Shown here one piece after another: positions 49,858 to 61,845 of a stretch of DNA of 64,000 nucleotides (the stretch's first letter is position 1; the number at the start of each line of letters is the position of its first letter). The notes under the pieces were generated by a model. That model had not been told where the DNA came from and made no database searches. It saw nothing but the letters and a program-made list of their open reading frames with translations. The stretch comes from Gracilinanus agilis (Eukaryota). Made by a program: the position numbers and the translations under genes. The stretch covers positions 439,277,973 through 439,341,972 of the forward strand of contig NC_058133.1 in assembly GCF_016433145.1 (NCBI RefSeq), written 5' to 3'.

Positions 49858-50595
49858 CATAGCTACCACTCTTTAAGTGGATAGTTGAAATATGATATTC
49901 CAGAAGGCAAAAGATACAATGTGCAGCCAAGAATAATCCACCCAGTAAAACTGGGTGTAATCCTACAGGGGAAAATTGATTTTTTTAATGAAATAGAGGG
50001 CTTCCAAACAATCCTGATGAAAAGACCAGAGTTACAGAGAAACTTAGAAGTACAAATATTGGAGTCAAAGAAATGTAAAAAGGTAAACATGAAAAGAAAT
50101 CAATGAAGGACTAAAAAGATATAAACTGTTTGAATATGGGAAATATACTTTGAGCCCTACTATCATTAGGAGTCTTAGAGGGAGTCTGGTTAATTAGAAG
50201 ACCTGAGAGTAGTTCATTTCAACTGAATCATCTTAGAAGAAGAATGGAAAAGGAAATAAATGAGGTAGAGAAAGGGAGAGGAAACTTAGTGATTGGTTAA
50301 CACTTGAACCTCACTCTCATTTGAACTAGTCAGAGGCAAGAAGAATGGATACACACATACAAAGTTGGGCACAGAAATGGATTTCACAAAATAGAGAGGC
50401 AGTAGAGGATTGGGAGAATGACTAGGAAGAAATAAGAGGGAGAGTAAATTGAGAGGAATTAGTCCTAAGCCAAAACAAACTTAATAAGGATGTACAAAAG
50501 TATTTATAGCAGCTCTTTTTGTGGTGGCAAAGAATTGTAGACTGAACAAGTTATGGTATGGTATATGAGTACTTTTGTGCTATAAGAAATGATAT

Positions 50596-50790
50596 AGGGG
50601 GAGCTGCTAGGTGGCTTAGTGAATTGAGAGCCATGCCCAAAGGTAGGAGGTCCCGGGTTCAAATTTGGCCTCATATACTTCCTAACTTTGTGACTCTGGA
50701 CTAGTTACTTAACTCCCATTGCCTCTCCCTTACAACTCTTCTGCCTTAGAATCAATACACGGTAAGATAGAAGGTAATTAAAAAACAAAA
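50596..50790 (+). mobile_element. SINE1-like SINE nested in the HAL1-type 3' UTR
   Basis: gggagctgctaggtggcttagtg...gggttcaaatttggcctc...gatagaaggtaattaaaaaa. Confidence 0.85.
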
Positions 50791-51612
50791 AAGATAATGT
50801 AGGGAATGGAACCTGGAGATTTTTTGTATCAACTGAGGCATAGTGAAGGGTGTGGAACAAGAGTGTACTGTATACAATGACAATAATATTGTGAAGACAA
50901 ACAACTTTGAAAGAATAAGAATTCTGATCACAGTAATGACCAACCATTATCTCTCTGTGTCTCACTTTCCCTCTTTTGTTGTCTCTTGTGATTATAGACA
51001 TGGCAATGTAGAAATTTGTTTTGTTTCACCATATAGGAATTTTATGGTTTTAATTTTCTTTCTCAATTTAGGCGTGGGGAAAGACTTGGGAGGAAGAGAA
51101 GACAGATTTTTGCTAATTAAGAAAAACTAAATTAAAAATAAATATTTGTTCTTAATAAATTTGGTGTCTAGATCACTAATTCAGTTGCTTTGTTTCTGCA
51201 TAATTCATAGTATTCCCATTGTAAAATAGTTTCTGCCAGTGAATTTTGACTCTATATTCTTTAGAAGTGTATAGAGTTAGAAAGCATAAAACTAGAAAGA
51301 TCACTTTGCCCAGCCTTCTCACTTAATGCTGAATAAACTGATTTCTAGAAAGGTAAAGTGATAATTTTTAAAGTAAATTTTGTACCAGAACTGGCGTCTC
51401 CAGTGTCCTTTTAGGTACTTCTTTTTCCTTTTTAATTCAGTTGATTAAATTCAAAGAGGATTTATTGAGTACTTTGTGCCAGGTGCCATGCTTGCTAGTT
51501 TGAAACAGTACTTGTCCTTGAGTCACCTACTGTACATTATAATTTATTTTTCTTTAAAAGATTTTGGCAGTGGCTAGGATTACCAAAATACAATATAAAT
51601 CAAGAATAAAAA

Positions 51613-51737
51613 CGGCCTCAGACACTTCCCAGCTGTGTGACCCTGGGCAAGTCACTTGACCCCCATTGCCTACCCTTACCAATCTTCCACCTATAAGTCA
51701 ATACACAGAAGTTAAGGGTTTAAAATTAAAAAAAAAA
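51613..51737 (+). mobile_element. Young SINE1_Mdo-type SINE, 5'-truncated
   Basis: TSD aagaataaaaa (51602-12 / 51738-48). Confidence 0.93.
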
Positions 51738-52952
51738 AAGAATAAAAAGATGGAAGAACTAACAAGACAAATCATAAGAAACACCCCATATCATTACCAC
51801 TAGCCTTTATCATCAGTTCCCATCCAATACAGCACATTAATTTTATGATGGCATACCACCAGACACAGTTTCACTTTAGTTTGAGCATAGATTCTTAACA
51901 ATTTCTATGATAAAATACAACACAAACAGGTTATATATTGGCTAGCTGGCAACATTCACTGTCATTATTTAACTGTGGTGTTTTATCTTTAAAATTTAAT
52001 AGGATCATAGATTTTGATTGGGAAGTGACTTTAGGGATCATCAAGTCCAGTACTTTAAATACAGATGAAGAAGCTGAGGCCCAGAGAGCTTAAATGAATT
52101 GCCTGGGATTCCACAGGTAGTAGAACTAGCCTAATATTTGAGATATCAGATTTTAGTGACTTTGAATCCTGCACACTGTCCTCTACATCATGTTGCCTCT
52201 AGCATAAATAAACGCTTAAGAGAATGTATGCTGTATAAGCTCTAGTTCACATGCCGTAAACCTAAACCAAAGAAATTTAGTCATCATTTTTTCCCTATCT
52301 TTAAAAAGTGTTTTTTGACTAAAGAAAAAGTACAAAAGAGTGTTCAATCCTGTGTGACCCTTTTCTACTCTTGAAAGGTCAATAACAAAGTGACAGAAAA
52401 TTTAAACCTTTCTAGAAACCTTATTTAGGTACCGTAAAATGTGAGATCTTTGTCTAGTGACTAGTAACATTTTACTTGGAGAACTCAATAATTTCAGTTT
52501 TGATGCTGTTGTTATGATTGAGACCAGACAACCAGAGGAAGTTAGCAACTAAACAAAAAGATGTCCGAATGTCTCCAAAAGGATGTCTTTTTCCCAAGAT
52601 AATCTGAATATAAATATAGCTCCTCCATACCACCTCCTCCATCAGAACTATAAAGTTAGCACCATGCTGAGTAGTGATCAAGAAATCCAATCAGAAATTA
52701 TAACAAATTCTGCAACCTTTAGTAGATGTGGTACCCTCCCACCCCTTACCCCCTTTTCTAGGAAAGCCCCATATAGAGACTTTGAAAGTCCTGTGAATAG
52801 TAGCAGAGAGTGACCAGCAAATCAGTATGGTACAATGCTACAACTGACAGGGCTCTCAGATCCCTTACACAGAGAGAGGGCCTGTAAAGATCCAGAGCTC
52901 TAAATCTCAAAGATGGGGGGGGGGGCTGGAAGCTTAAGGGGAGGGCTTACAT

Positions 52953-53307
52953 CAGTGATGGGCAACCTTTTGAGCTTGGTGTGTCAAAATTCGCCAAAAA
53001 AACGAGCATAACTTGGGTGGTGTGTCACTTGGAGAAAAAAAACCATAATTTTGTGATATTTATAGTTTAAATAACAAAAATGTATAATTATAACTTATAA
53101 CTGTATTTAATAAACCAAAACAAGTAAATTAATATAGGTAGAATTGTCATCTGTAGTGCACAGTGTCTATACTACACTACAGCAAAATGTTTCATCCTCG
53201 GCATGTGGCCCCGTACATCTCTGTATTTGGCTGCATGTGGCCATGTGTCACTGAAAATGGCTACGTGTGTCACTGCTGACACGTATGTCATAGGCTTGCC
53301 ATCACTG
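52953..53307. mobile_element. hAT MITE (355 bp) resembling the hAT1/Myotis_hAT1 group
   Basis: TIRs cagtgatgggcaacct / aggcttgccatcactg; perfect 8-bp TSD GCTTACAT (52945-52 / 53308-15); repeated subterminal GTGTCA/TGACAC motifs. Confidence 0.93.
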
Positions 53308-53715
53308 GCTTACATCCTAAGAAAGGGTTGCCAAAAAGCCTCAGTGGGGATCCAAGGCAAAATGAAAATGAAATTGGGTTGACCACTCCACCCTAAAGTA
53401 TGTCAAGGGGCAGATTCTGGTCCTATTACCAAGCCCAAATTCATGAAATAAAAATTGGATGGATAAAATATTTTTATTAAAAATCTAACTACATAATAAC
53501 TACAAGCATTTATTTCCATGGATGATGTCTGTGAAACTTGTACTCAAAGCAGAACTAGAGGTCTGGCATTGTTACTATTTCAGATCTCTTGGACTTACTG
53601 CTATGGGGAACAGGTGGTTTTGGTGGCATCAACAAAAGTGGGTCCTTTCTCAGTGGTTGATCCTTTTAGTGATGGCTATGAGACCTGGGCTAGAAGCAAG
53701 GCTGGTGGTCTAGGG

Positions 53716-53850
53716 CAGTGACAGTGAACCTTTTAGAGACTGAGTGCCCAAACTACAAACCTCACACCCATGGTTAGCCTCCTGCTTTATCCCAGACAGG
53801 GGAGGGAGGAAGTACTCCCATTGGGCTGCTGGCCAGAGGGGTGGGTGATC
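53716..53850. mobile_element. Truncated copy of the 36597-36869 MITE family, opposite orientation
   Basis: cagtgacagtgaaccttttagagactg...cccattgggctgctgg matches the reverse complement of 36750-36869. Confidence 0.85.
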
Positions 53851-54499
53851 TCAGAAGTATCTTTCTGCTCCAAGATTCTGTGATTTAATCATTCATGTTT
53901 TCATGCAGATCACTTCAGTATTATATTTACCTCCTGATGTCTAGTTATATATCATCTACACTAACATGAATTAAGGTGTTTATATCGAAGGATAAGAGAA
54001 ATGGAAAATACTGGCACATGGAACATTTCCAGGAATAGTAATGGCCTGGTGTTTCATTGTAGTAGAAGGGAAGGATTTAGAAAGTCTACCATGTTGATAG
54101 GATTCTAGAGATTAGGAGGACTGAAGGAAGATAAAATAAAAATACTGGAGGGTATCATGGTGGGGAGCTTCTCTTATGGCCAGTGTGATATTGTTTACTT
54201 GCAGTATGGGTTAAATAGACTTTTGTGGACTGACACCAAAACCTTGGCCACTATATGTATGTGTATACACATGTGTGTCTGTATATGTATAAAAACATGA
54301 TATCTGTGGGGGAAATGGATTACAAGTCCCAACAATTAATTTTAAAATGGATTTCAGGGATCCAGTTTTATTTTGTTTTTTAAACTATGGACATTTCCTG
54401 TATTGCAATAAGGTTTGCCGGGATCAGTAGAATTAAGTATGGTTAGTATGGTAAAACTATCATGAAAGTGATTCTTGGTCAGTATTTTGAGAAGATTTT

Positions 54500-54678
54500 A
54501 TTTATTTATTTTTTAAGACCTTAACTTCTGTGTATTGGCTCATAGGTGGAAGAGTGGTAAGGGGGTCAAGTGACTTGCCCAGGGTCACACAGCTGGGAAG
54601 TGTCTGAGGCTGGATTTGAACCTAGGACCTCCCGCCTCTAGGCCTAACTCTTAATCCACTGAGCTACCCAGCTGCCCC
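54500..54678 (-). mobile_element. Young SINE1_Mdo-type SINE (short tail) with a small internal deletion
   Basis: taagggggtcaag where sister copies read taagggtgggcaatgggggtcaag. Confidence 0.93.
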
Positions 54679-55211
54679 TTCATTTTGTTTTATGAACAAA
54701 TAAAGGCCCTATCTGTTAGGGCAGTTTTATTGAGTAGTGTGATATTAATTGTTTTTAAAGTAGGAGCAACACATTAATTTTCTTTAAAGAGTGAATTGAG
54801 AGAGTAACAAGGTTTCACAAAAGCTGAGATATCTTTCTTGGTATGAGGAATGACAGAAAAGGGTCAAGGTACTTGATGCACTTAAGATATGAACAGGTTA
54901 ATTATTACTTCACTGAAATAATGAATCAATACCATGGTATGAATACTAAATTTTGGAAGTCCTTGAAGCCCTTGAAGAGGTGTTTTAATTAGATTAGTAA
55001 GTTGTTGAAGATGTTTTAGTTAGAAAAGGGATAGTGAAAAATAAAATTAAAAAATTAAAAAAAAGAAAAAGGATAGTGTTCAAATATTTTTCATCTTTAA
55101 TCTTGAGAAGACATCTTACCCACCTGTCTGTAAAAATTTGAGGTTTAGTTTGTATGAAAATGTACTGATTTGCTGAAGGTGATACTATTTCTTTGAAATG
55201 TATGGACTTAA

Positions 55212-55415
55212 AAGGAAGCAGGTAAGTGGCTGAGTGGATTGAGAGCCAGACCTAGAGATGGGAGGGCCCGAGTTCCAGTCTTACTTCAGATACTTCCTAG
55301 CGGTGTGACCCTAACTTATCCTCTATTGCCTAGTCCTTACTGTTCCTTCTGCCTTGGAACCAAAACACAATATGGATTCTAAGATGGGAGTATAGGTTGT
55401 TTGTTTTTTTAAAAG
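55212..55415 (+). mobile_element. Older SINE1-like SINE
   Basis: ggtaagtggctgagtggattgagagccagacctagagatggg...gccttggaacc...ggattctaagatgggag. Confidence 0.85.
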
Positions 55416-55721
55416 AAATATATATACTTATAAAGTCGCCCAATTTTTTGGTCCTTAATTTCAATGCTTGCATTCCCACATGACCAAGAAAATTTTTTTA
55501 AAATGCTATTAAGAAGTGAATAGTACATGCCACAAGGGGAGTGCTTTAGAGTAGTTATAGGAATGATTTGCAGTTTGTTTTGTTTCACTAGGAAATGTAT
55601 GCAAATTATCTTCCTGTTTGTCTAACTATATTGTAATTATATAAGAATTGGAAACTTTTATAGTACTTATATTTAATTAATGTATTTATATAATTTCTTT
55701 TATTTCTTTCTCTCTATTTAG

Positions 55722-55775
55722 GAATTTGGTTAAGAAGTATTGCCCCAAGCGTTCATCCAAAGATGAAGAGCCTAG
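55722..55775 (+). CDS. FNBP1L: FNBP1L exon 3 (NLVKKYCPKRSSKDEEP-R)
   Basis: Polypyrimidine tract + AG at 55720-21; 54 nt, phase 2-2; donor GTAAAA at 55776. Confidence 0.97.
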
Positions 55776-57572
55776 GTAAAACACGTTTTTTTATCTATTT
55801 ATAAAACATCTGTTTATTTAACTTAACACTGTGATGTCATTATGCAACTATATATCTTGTAAAAAATTTTATTAATATACTTGGCATGAATTTTTTATAA
55901 ATTCCTAATTCTTTTAATTATGATAATGTAGAGCTTTTGATACCATCAAACAAAAAACCAAAACAAACAAACAAATAAATAAATAAATAGTTTGCAAATA
56001 GTGTTAATAATACCTTAAAGGCTAAGCTAAAAATACAGGATGTTACTTCATAATGTTTACTAAAGAAGGAATAGGATTTTCTTAATTACAGGAAGAATAA
56101 GCTATTGAAAAAATACAATTTGAAGTAATTTGCCTTTTACCTTTTGTTTATGGTAACTTTATATTAAAGTTTCCAACAATATTTTAAGATTAATTTCATT
56201 TTTGTATTTTAAAAAGAAATTTCAATAATTTTGTGTTAAGGAGTACACATATTATGTGAAAAGGAACCTCTAGTTTCCTTTTATGAATATTACCTCTTTA
56301 AATGGACTTGATACACTACTTTCTGAAATAGTCTAAGAGAAAGTTTTCAATGTGGACCAAGGTTTTAAGGCTCAGGTATGTTGTACTCATCACACTCTTC
56401 AGAAGTAAATTTGACTAGATGATAGCCCCAATTTTTCATGCTTTGTTTTTTGTGATTTTTGCTTTATTCTTTTGAGAGAAAATATTCTCATTATTAACTA
56501 ACTAGATAGAAGAGGTTTTCAGAGTATCTAATTATCATTCCCTGAACAGAATAAGAGAGAATGGAAATACAGCATGAGTTTCTTGACAAGTTCATTTGCA
56601 TACAAGCTTAGATTTTTAAATGCTTCCTATTTTCAGTACAGTGTTCTAGGCACATGGAAGAGATAGAATGGTTTCTATGATCAAGTAACAGACATACAAT
56701 AGATACATACATATATAATTTTAATTCAAATGTATACATGATGTACATAAATACACATAATCCAGAAATCCTTTAAAGAGGAAAAAAAAGAAAATAAACC
56801 TCCAATAGTTTCTGTTATATGTAGTTTTAATATAATTTTACCTTATATTAGAGGTCAGAATTATCAGGTTTGTAATAGATTTCTGAGCTACCAGACCACC
56901 ATATTGGCAATATTTCACAATAATTAAAAGGTAATCAAAGTATAAGGAGTAGATCTATGTATTTTAATATGGTGACTCTCTTTGTTTCTCTCCTTCCCTC
57001 CACACACATTCTTTACCCTTATTTTTGCCCCCTTTATCCCCCTTTTTAGTGCCAACCATAATGGCACCTTACTTCCCTTCAGGAGATGGGCAGGCAAACA
57101 GGCAGCTGTGTCCAGAGCTGATACAAAAGTTGTCCTGTAAATCACCCATCGGGATGCACTTGAGTGGTATGATTGCAGGTTCCAACCTGACGCAAGCACA
57201 TCATCTCTGCAACAAGCTCAGCTTCCAAGCCTAGGAACCCAACCAAGTTCATTCCCAAGGTCAGGCCAGTAATTTGACATCTTAAGCAATTACCAGTATG
57301 GTAAAAGGGACTACAGGTAGTATTCTTTTTTCTTTTCCACCCCAGGTATCCTTTTACTTAAAAATTAAGGTTGCTTCAAGAGGTTTGGAAATATATGTCC
57401 ATTTAAAGGCTTGGTTTAGGATCTTCCCATTTGAAGTTCAATAAAGTTTAACCATAATTAAGTTGAATATATTAACGTTTGTCATCAGCCCAAATTCTGT
57501 TTCTACTTGACTGAAAATAGCCTCAGTGAATGAAAAAAAATCTGTTTTATCCTTTACATTTGTTTTTGACAG

Positions 57573-57720
57573 GTTTACCTCCTGTATAGCATTTTTTAAC
57601 ATCCTTAATGAGTTAAATGACTATGCTGGGCAACGAGAAGTAGTAGCAGAAGAAATGGGACACAGAGTATATGGTGAATTAATGAGGTATTCTCATGATC
57701 TGAAAACAGAAAGAAAAATG
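57573..57720 (+). CDS. FNBP1L: FNBP1L exon 4 (FTSCIAFFNILNELNDYAGQREVVAEEMGHRVYGELMRYSHDLKTERKM)
   Basis: Acceptor tttttgacAG at 57571-72; 148 nt; donor GTAATT at 57721; lies within ORF-track entry 57526..57750. Confidence 0.98.
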
Positions 57721-58098
57721 GTAATTACCATATTTTATGTCCATGTATAGTGTTCAAAATATTGTAATTGGGGAAAATTTCTTGCTTACTTAATTTTAAT
57801 ATATTTTTTCACCATGGGATGATTTTCTCTTAAACTAGAATTTTTAATGGTACCTTTGCAAGAGAATTTTACTTGCCTAATTTATACAATTCTTTTTAGT
57901 TTTAAGCACTAATTAATTTTATAAGATTATGCCAATTGATAACTTCAGAATCATTTACTATATCAAGGTATCACTTGAATAGAATTCTGTCTTGATTAGT
58001 AAAAAAAGCTTTTGAAAAGTTACATGAAACATTGTTAGAAATTTTTTATTTAGTTAGTTTAAAAAAAATTTCATTTTCTATCCCATTACATTTTTTAG

Positions 58099-58161
58099 CA
58101 TCTCCAAGAAGGACGAAAAGCTCAGCAATATCTTGACATGTGCTGGAAACAGATGGATAAT
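58099..58161 (+). CDS. FNBP1L: FNBP1L exon 5 (HLQEGRKAQQYLDMCWKQMDN)
   Basis: Acceptor ttttttAG at 58097-98; 63 nt, phase 0-0; donor GTGAGT at 58162. Confidence 0.98.
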
Positions 58162-58329
58162 GTGAGTTTTAATGTTCACATGATTAATATGTAGTTTTGT
58201 TATAAAACCCTTTGGACCTTGTGCATATTTTGTATTCTGTATTTTTTTTTAGTTTGATGTTTCAGTGTAATATTGAAAGTCAATATTAGATTTGTTATTT
58301 AATAGCTTATAAAATAATAAACAGGATAT

Positions 58330-59900
58330 TATGAATTGTGGATCCAAAATGGAACTCATTATTTTCTGCCTCCCAAATCTCCCACAGATAATCTTCTTTA
58401 TTACCGTAAAGGATAGTGTCATTCTTCCTCCTCAGAGCCACAACTGAGAAGTTACCCTTATATTCCTTACTATCTTTCACCATCTCTATCTGGGGGTTTG
58501 TCAACCTTCACCTTTGCAACATCTCTCAAATGTACCCCTTTCTCTCCTCTGACACTGCCACCACTCTAGTGCATGCCTTTATCTCCTCCCACCTGGACTC
58601 TCGCTGTAGCTGCTGAGGGATCTGTCTGTTATAAACCTCTCCTTGTTCCAGTCCATCCTCCATTCAGCCACCAGAGTGATTTTACTCAAGTACAGGCCTT
58701 TCTATCTCTCCACATCCCACTCCCTCTCAAACTCTAGTGTCTTCTTCTCATCCTTAGGATCAAATACAAGATGCTGTCAAAACCCTTCATAACTGTCAAA
58801 TCCCCTCCTAACTTTCCAGTCTTTTTATATATTATTTCCTAACACATACTCCTCAGTCCAGGGACATTGCCTTCCTGGTTGTCCCATAAACAAGGTACTT
58901 CTCTCAGCTCTCAGAATTCTCTCTGACTGGCCCCTATACCTGCAATACTTTCTCTTTTCTGCTCTGACTACTGACACTCTCCCCTGTCCCAACTATAATC
59001 CCACTTACAGGAAGCCTTTCTTAATCCCTCTTGATTCTAGTGCTTTCCCTTTTTGCGTTATTTCCTATTTATCCTGTATATAGATCGTGTATTTGTTTGC
59101 ATGTTGTCTCCCCCATTAGATTATAAGGTTTTTGAGGGTTGGGACTGCCTTTACTTTTTTTGTGTCCTCAGCACTTAGTACAGTGCCTGGCACAGTCAGC
59201 ACTTAATCAATGTTTGATTGTTGACTGATAATTTTATTTATATATCCATATGTCTCTCTGTAGATAGACACATTCTTTGTGTGATATGTATTTATTTGTG
59301 TACATTTACCTATTCTGAAAAAAATGTAAACTTCTTGAAGGCAGGATTTCTTTATCTGTCCCCAGCCCTGGGCATAGCAAATATTTAAGAAATGCATGTT
59401 GTCTGATGACTTAACAGATCTCTATATATAACCCTATATTTTGTCTTTTGCTTTTTAGTTTCACATTAACTGGACATCTCACAAGCTTCTCAAACTCAAT
59501 GTTTTAAAACCCTTTTCCCCTAACTCCAGCCCTTCTCCCAGCTTCCCTCTTTCTTTCTAGTATTACATCATCTCTCCACCCATGTTAATAACTTTGGAAA
59601 AATCCTCAACCCTTCTACTCTTCTTTGTTATTCTACATGACTCTTCACTCTACTCTAATCTCCAATCCTTTGTCAAGAGACATCAGTTATGTTTTTTGTC
59701 ACCTGTCTTGGATCCATCTTCTCTTTATTAATTTAAATTCTCATCCCCTCTTGTTTGGTCTTCTGTAGTATATTTCTATACAGATCTTCCTTGCCTTGAT
59801 TCTGTCTCTCCTCTAATCCATCCTACACACACAGTGTAGCAGTGATCCCCCTTTCTGAGGCATTGGAATCCCTATTACTCTCCTGCTCTGTAAACTCCCA
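58330..59900 (+). mobile_element. L2 fragments (~58330-59222 and ~59440-59900)
   Basis: Long pyrimidine-rich L2 ORF2-end/3' sequence ending cagcacttagtacagtgcctggcacag at ~59200; the second fragment starts with ctcaaactcaatg. Confidence 0.8.
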
Positions 59901-60884
59901 GACCTCAGGAACCAGATACACACTTCTCTGACTAGTTCCCTTTGCAAACCTATGTATTGTATTTCGTGCACTTAGAGCATATTCTGAGACTATCAGAGTA
60001 CCAAAGGAGACCTGTTAACATAGAAAAGTTATAATTTTTATGTGTCTGTGTGTGCACATGCACCCTCTCTTCCCAATTCTTTTGAGGCTGTTTCTTTTGT
60101 CTTTATGTTCTATCTGGGTCCTTGTGTACTTTGTTTGAGACAGCAAGAATTATATTGAAATGAAAGGCTTAGCCATAGAATCCAAATTATTGTCCTGGGG
60201 TCCGATTGCAGAAATTCAATTTTATGAAAATTATTTTTCTCTTGTTTTAAGTGATCCAAATTTTTAAAAATATCTTTACTAGATTGGTTGTGATCCATTA
60301 ATTTTCTTACAAATTGGCATCTTTAAAGGCCTGAATTTGCTAATTAGTTAATCAGTTTAGATACATTTTATTTATTTATATTTATTATTATGTCTTTGTT
60401 TAACAGAAGATGAAAATCAGATAATTGTTATTAGGATCATTTAAAACTTGGGGAGAAAAATATTTTGTGGCACATATAAATGAGTCAAATTTCACATAAT
60501 ATTAAAATATTCATTCAGAAAATACTAGTTAAATATCCATGTACTTGTGTGTCAAAATCCCAGGCCCAGAAAAACAACACTGAAACAAGGAAACAAATCC
60601 CCATTCTACTTCTGACCTTTAGTCCCTTTCTCCTCTTTTCCAAGTTTCTGTGGGCCTAGGTCTCACTAGTTTCTTAGTTTGAAGCACATCTGGCCACGCA
60701 CTTTACTTCTTCCAGTAAAATGGAGGGCCAGAACCATCAAGTCTTACCATCTGCCCTGCCACTAAGCTGTCTGACTGTTGACATGGGCTAAGTGCTTAAT
60801 AGATTCTTAATATTTCTAATGTGACCTGCTCTGTTCTGTTTAATGCTTTTCTCATTGACTTGGATAAAGACATAGATAATATGC

Positions 60885-61380
60885 TCATCATATTTGCAGG
60901 TGACTTAAAGCAGGAAAAAAACCTTAACACAGTGAAAGTCAGAGTCAAGATCCAAAAGGATCTCGACAGGCTAAGGACATTGAGTTAGATCTAACAAATG
61001 TAAAGTCTTGCATTTGGATATGAGAACATCACATTAAAAAACATAAGACTGGGGAGTCTTGAATAGATAGAGGTGGTAATGAAAAAGAACTGGGGGTTTC
61101 AGTAGAATGCATTGCTGACTTGGCTTGAGCCATCATTGTGATATAGCAGCCAAAAAAGCTGGTACAATCTTGAGCTTCCTTAAAAGAAATCTAATATCCA
61201 AAAAAAAAGGGGAGATGATATTTCCACTGTTTTCATTGTAGTTCTTGGAACTGTCCTAAAATAGAACAGCTGCTTCAAAAGGTAGTTAGTTCCTCCCTAC
61301 GTCTGAAGTAGTAAAACAGAGGCTGTATGATCTAGAGCAGCATGAATTCCTTTCTTCTAGGGGTTGGATTAGATGACTAC
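60885..61380 (+). mobile_element. L3/CR1 fragment
   Basis: atttgcaggtgac...gatccaaaaggatctcgacaggcta...aaatgtaaagtcttgcattt...tgtgatatagcagccaaaaaagct. Confidence 0.8.
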
Positions 61381-61845
61381 TGTTGTAAGATAAATTAATA
61401 AGGTCTTTTCATTTTCCTTTTTTTAAATTTCTTTTCTGTTTATACCAATGTATCTCTAAAACCAAAGCACCTGATCAGTTGGCAGAGAAAGAAATTATTC
61501 ATGTTTCCTATCTTCATGAAAAATCTAGAACTGAATGTTCTGGTTTTATTATTGGAAGATAGGTAAACTTAGATGTTACCCTTAAAAACCTCATTCCAAG
61601 AAGGTTATTGATAGAAAAGTTTGAAAGTACACATAGCAACATTTCTTGTGAAATTTAAACAAGTGAAAATAAAATATGTGTCCAGTGACCGAGATAGAAC
61701 TATAATGGATATTATTTGACAAAAGGAATGACAGATAGGAAGAATTCATAGAAATGAGAAGTCTTAAACATGAATACAGTGATTAAAGTAAAGCCAAAAG
61801 AACAACAGATAAAATGATAATAACATTTAAGTAAAGTCACTGTGC

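Larger units (their letters stand above)
47108..51145 (+). mobile_element. Near full-length ORF2-less L1 derivative (HAL1-type) carrying four nested insertions
   Basis: L1-type 5' UTR from ~47110; degraded ORF1 ~48050-50106 (C-terminus QPRIIHPVKLGVILQGK...MKRPEL); inter-ORF-like stretch; direct junction at ~50490 to tgtacaaaagtatttatagc (ORF2 end/3' UTR); A-rich end ~51140. Confidence 0.7.

Noticed and set aside
48464-50106. ORFs 48464..48700 and 49885..50106 as host genes
   Set aside because: They are L1 ORF2 and ORF1 C-terminal remnants; the same applies to 19757..19990, 33321..33527 and 34621..34842.
52430-52900. Unassigned complex sequence with ORF 52583..52813
   Set aside because: No domain, splice support or repeat identity that I can establish without a search.
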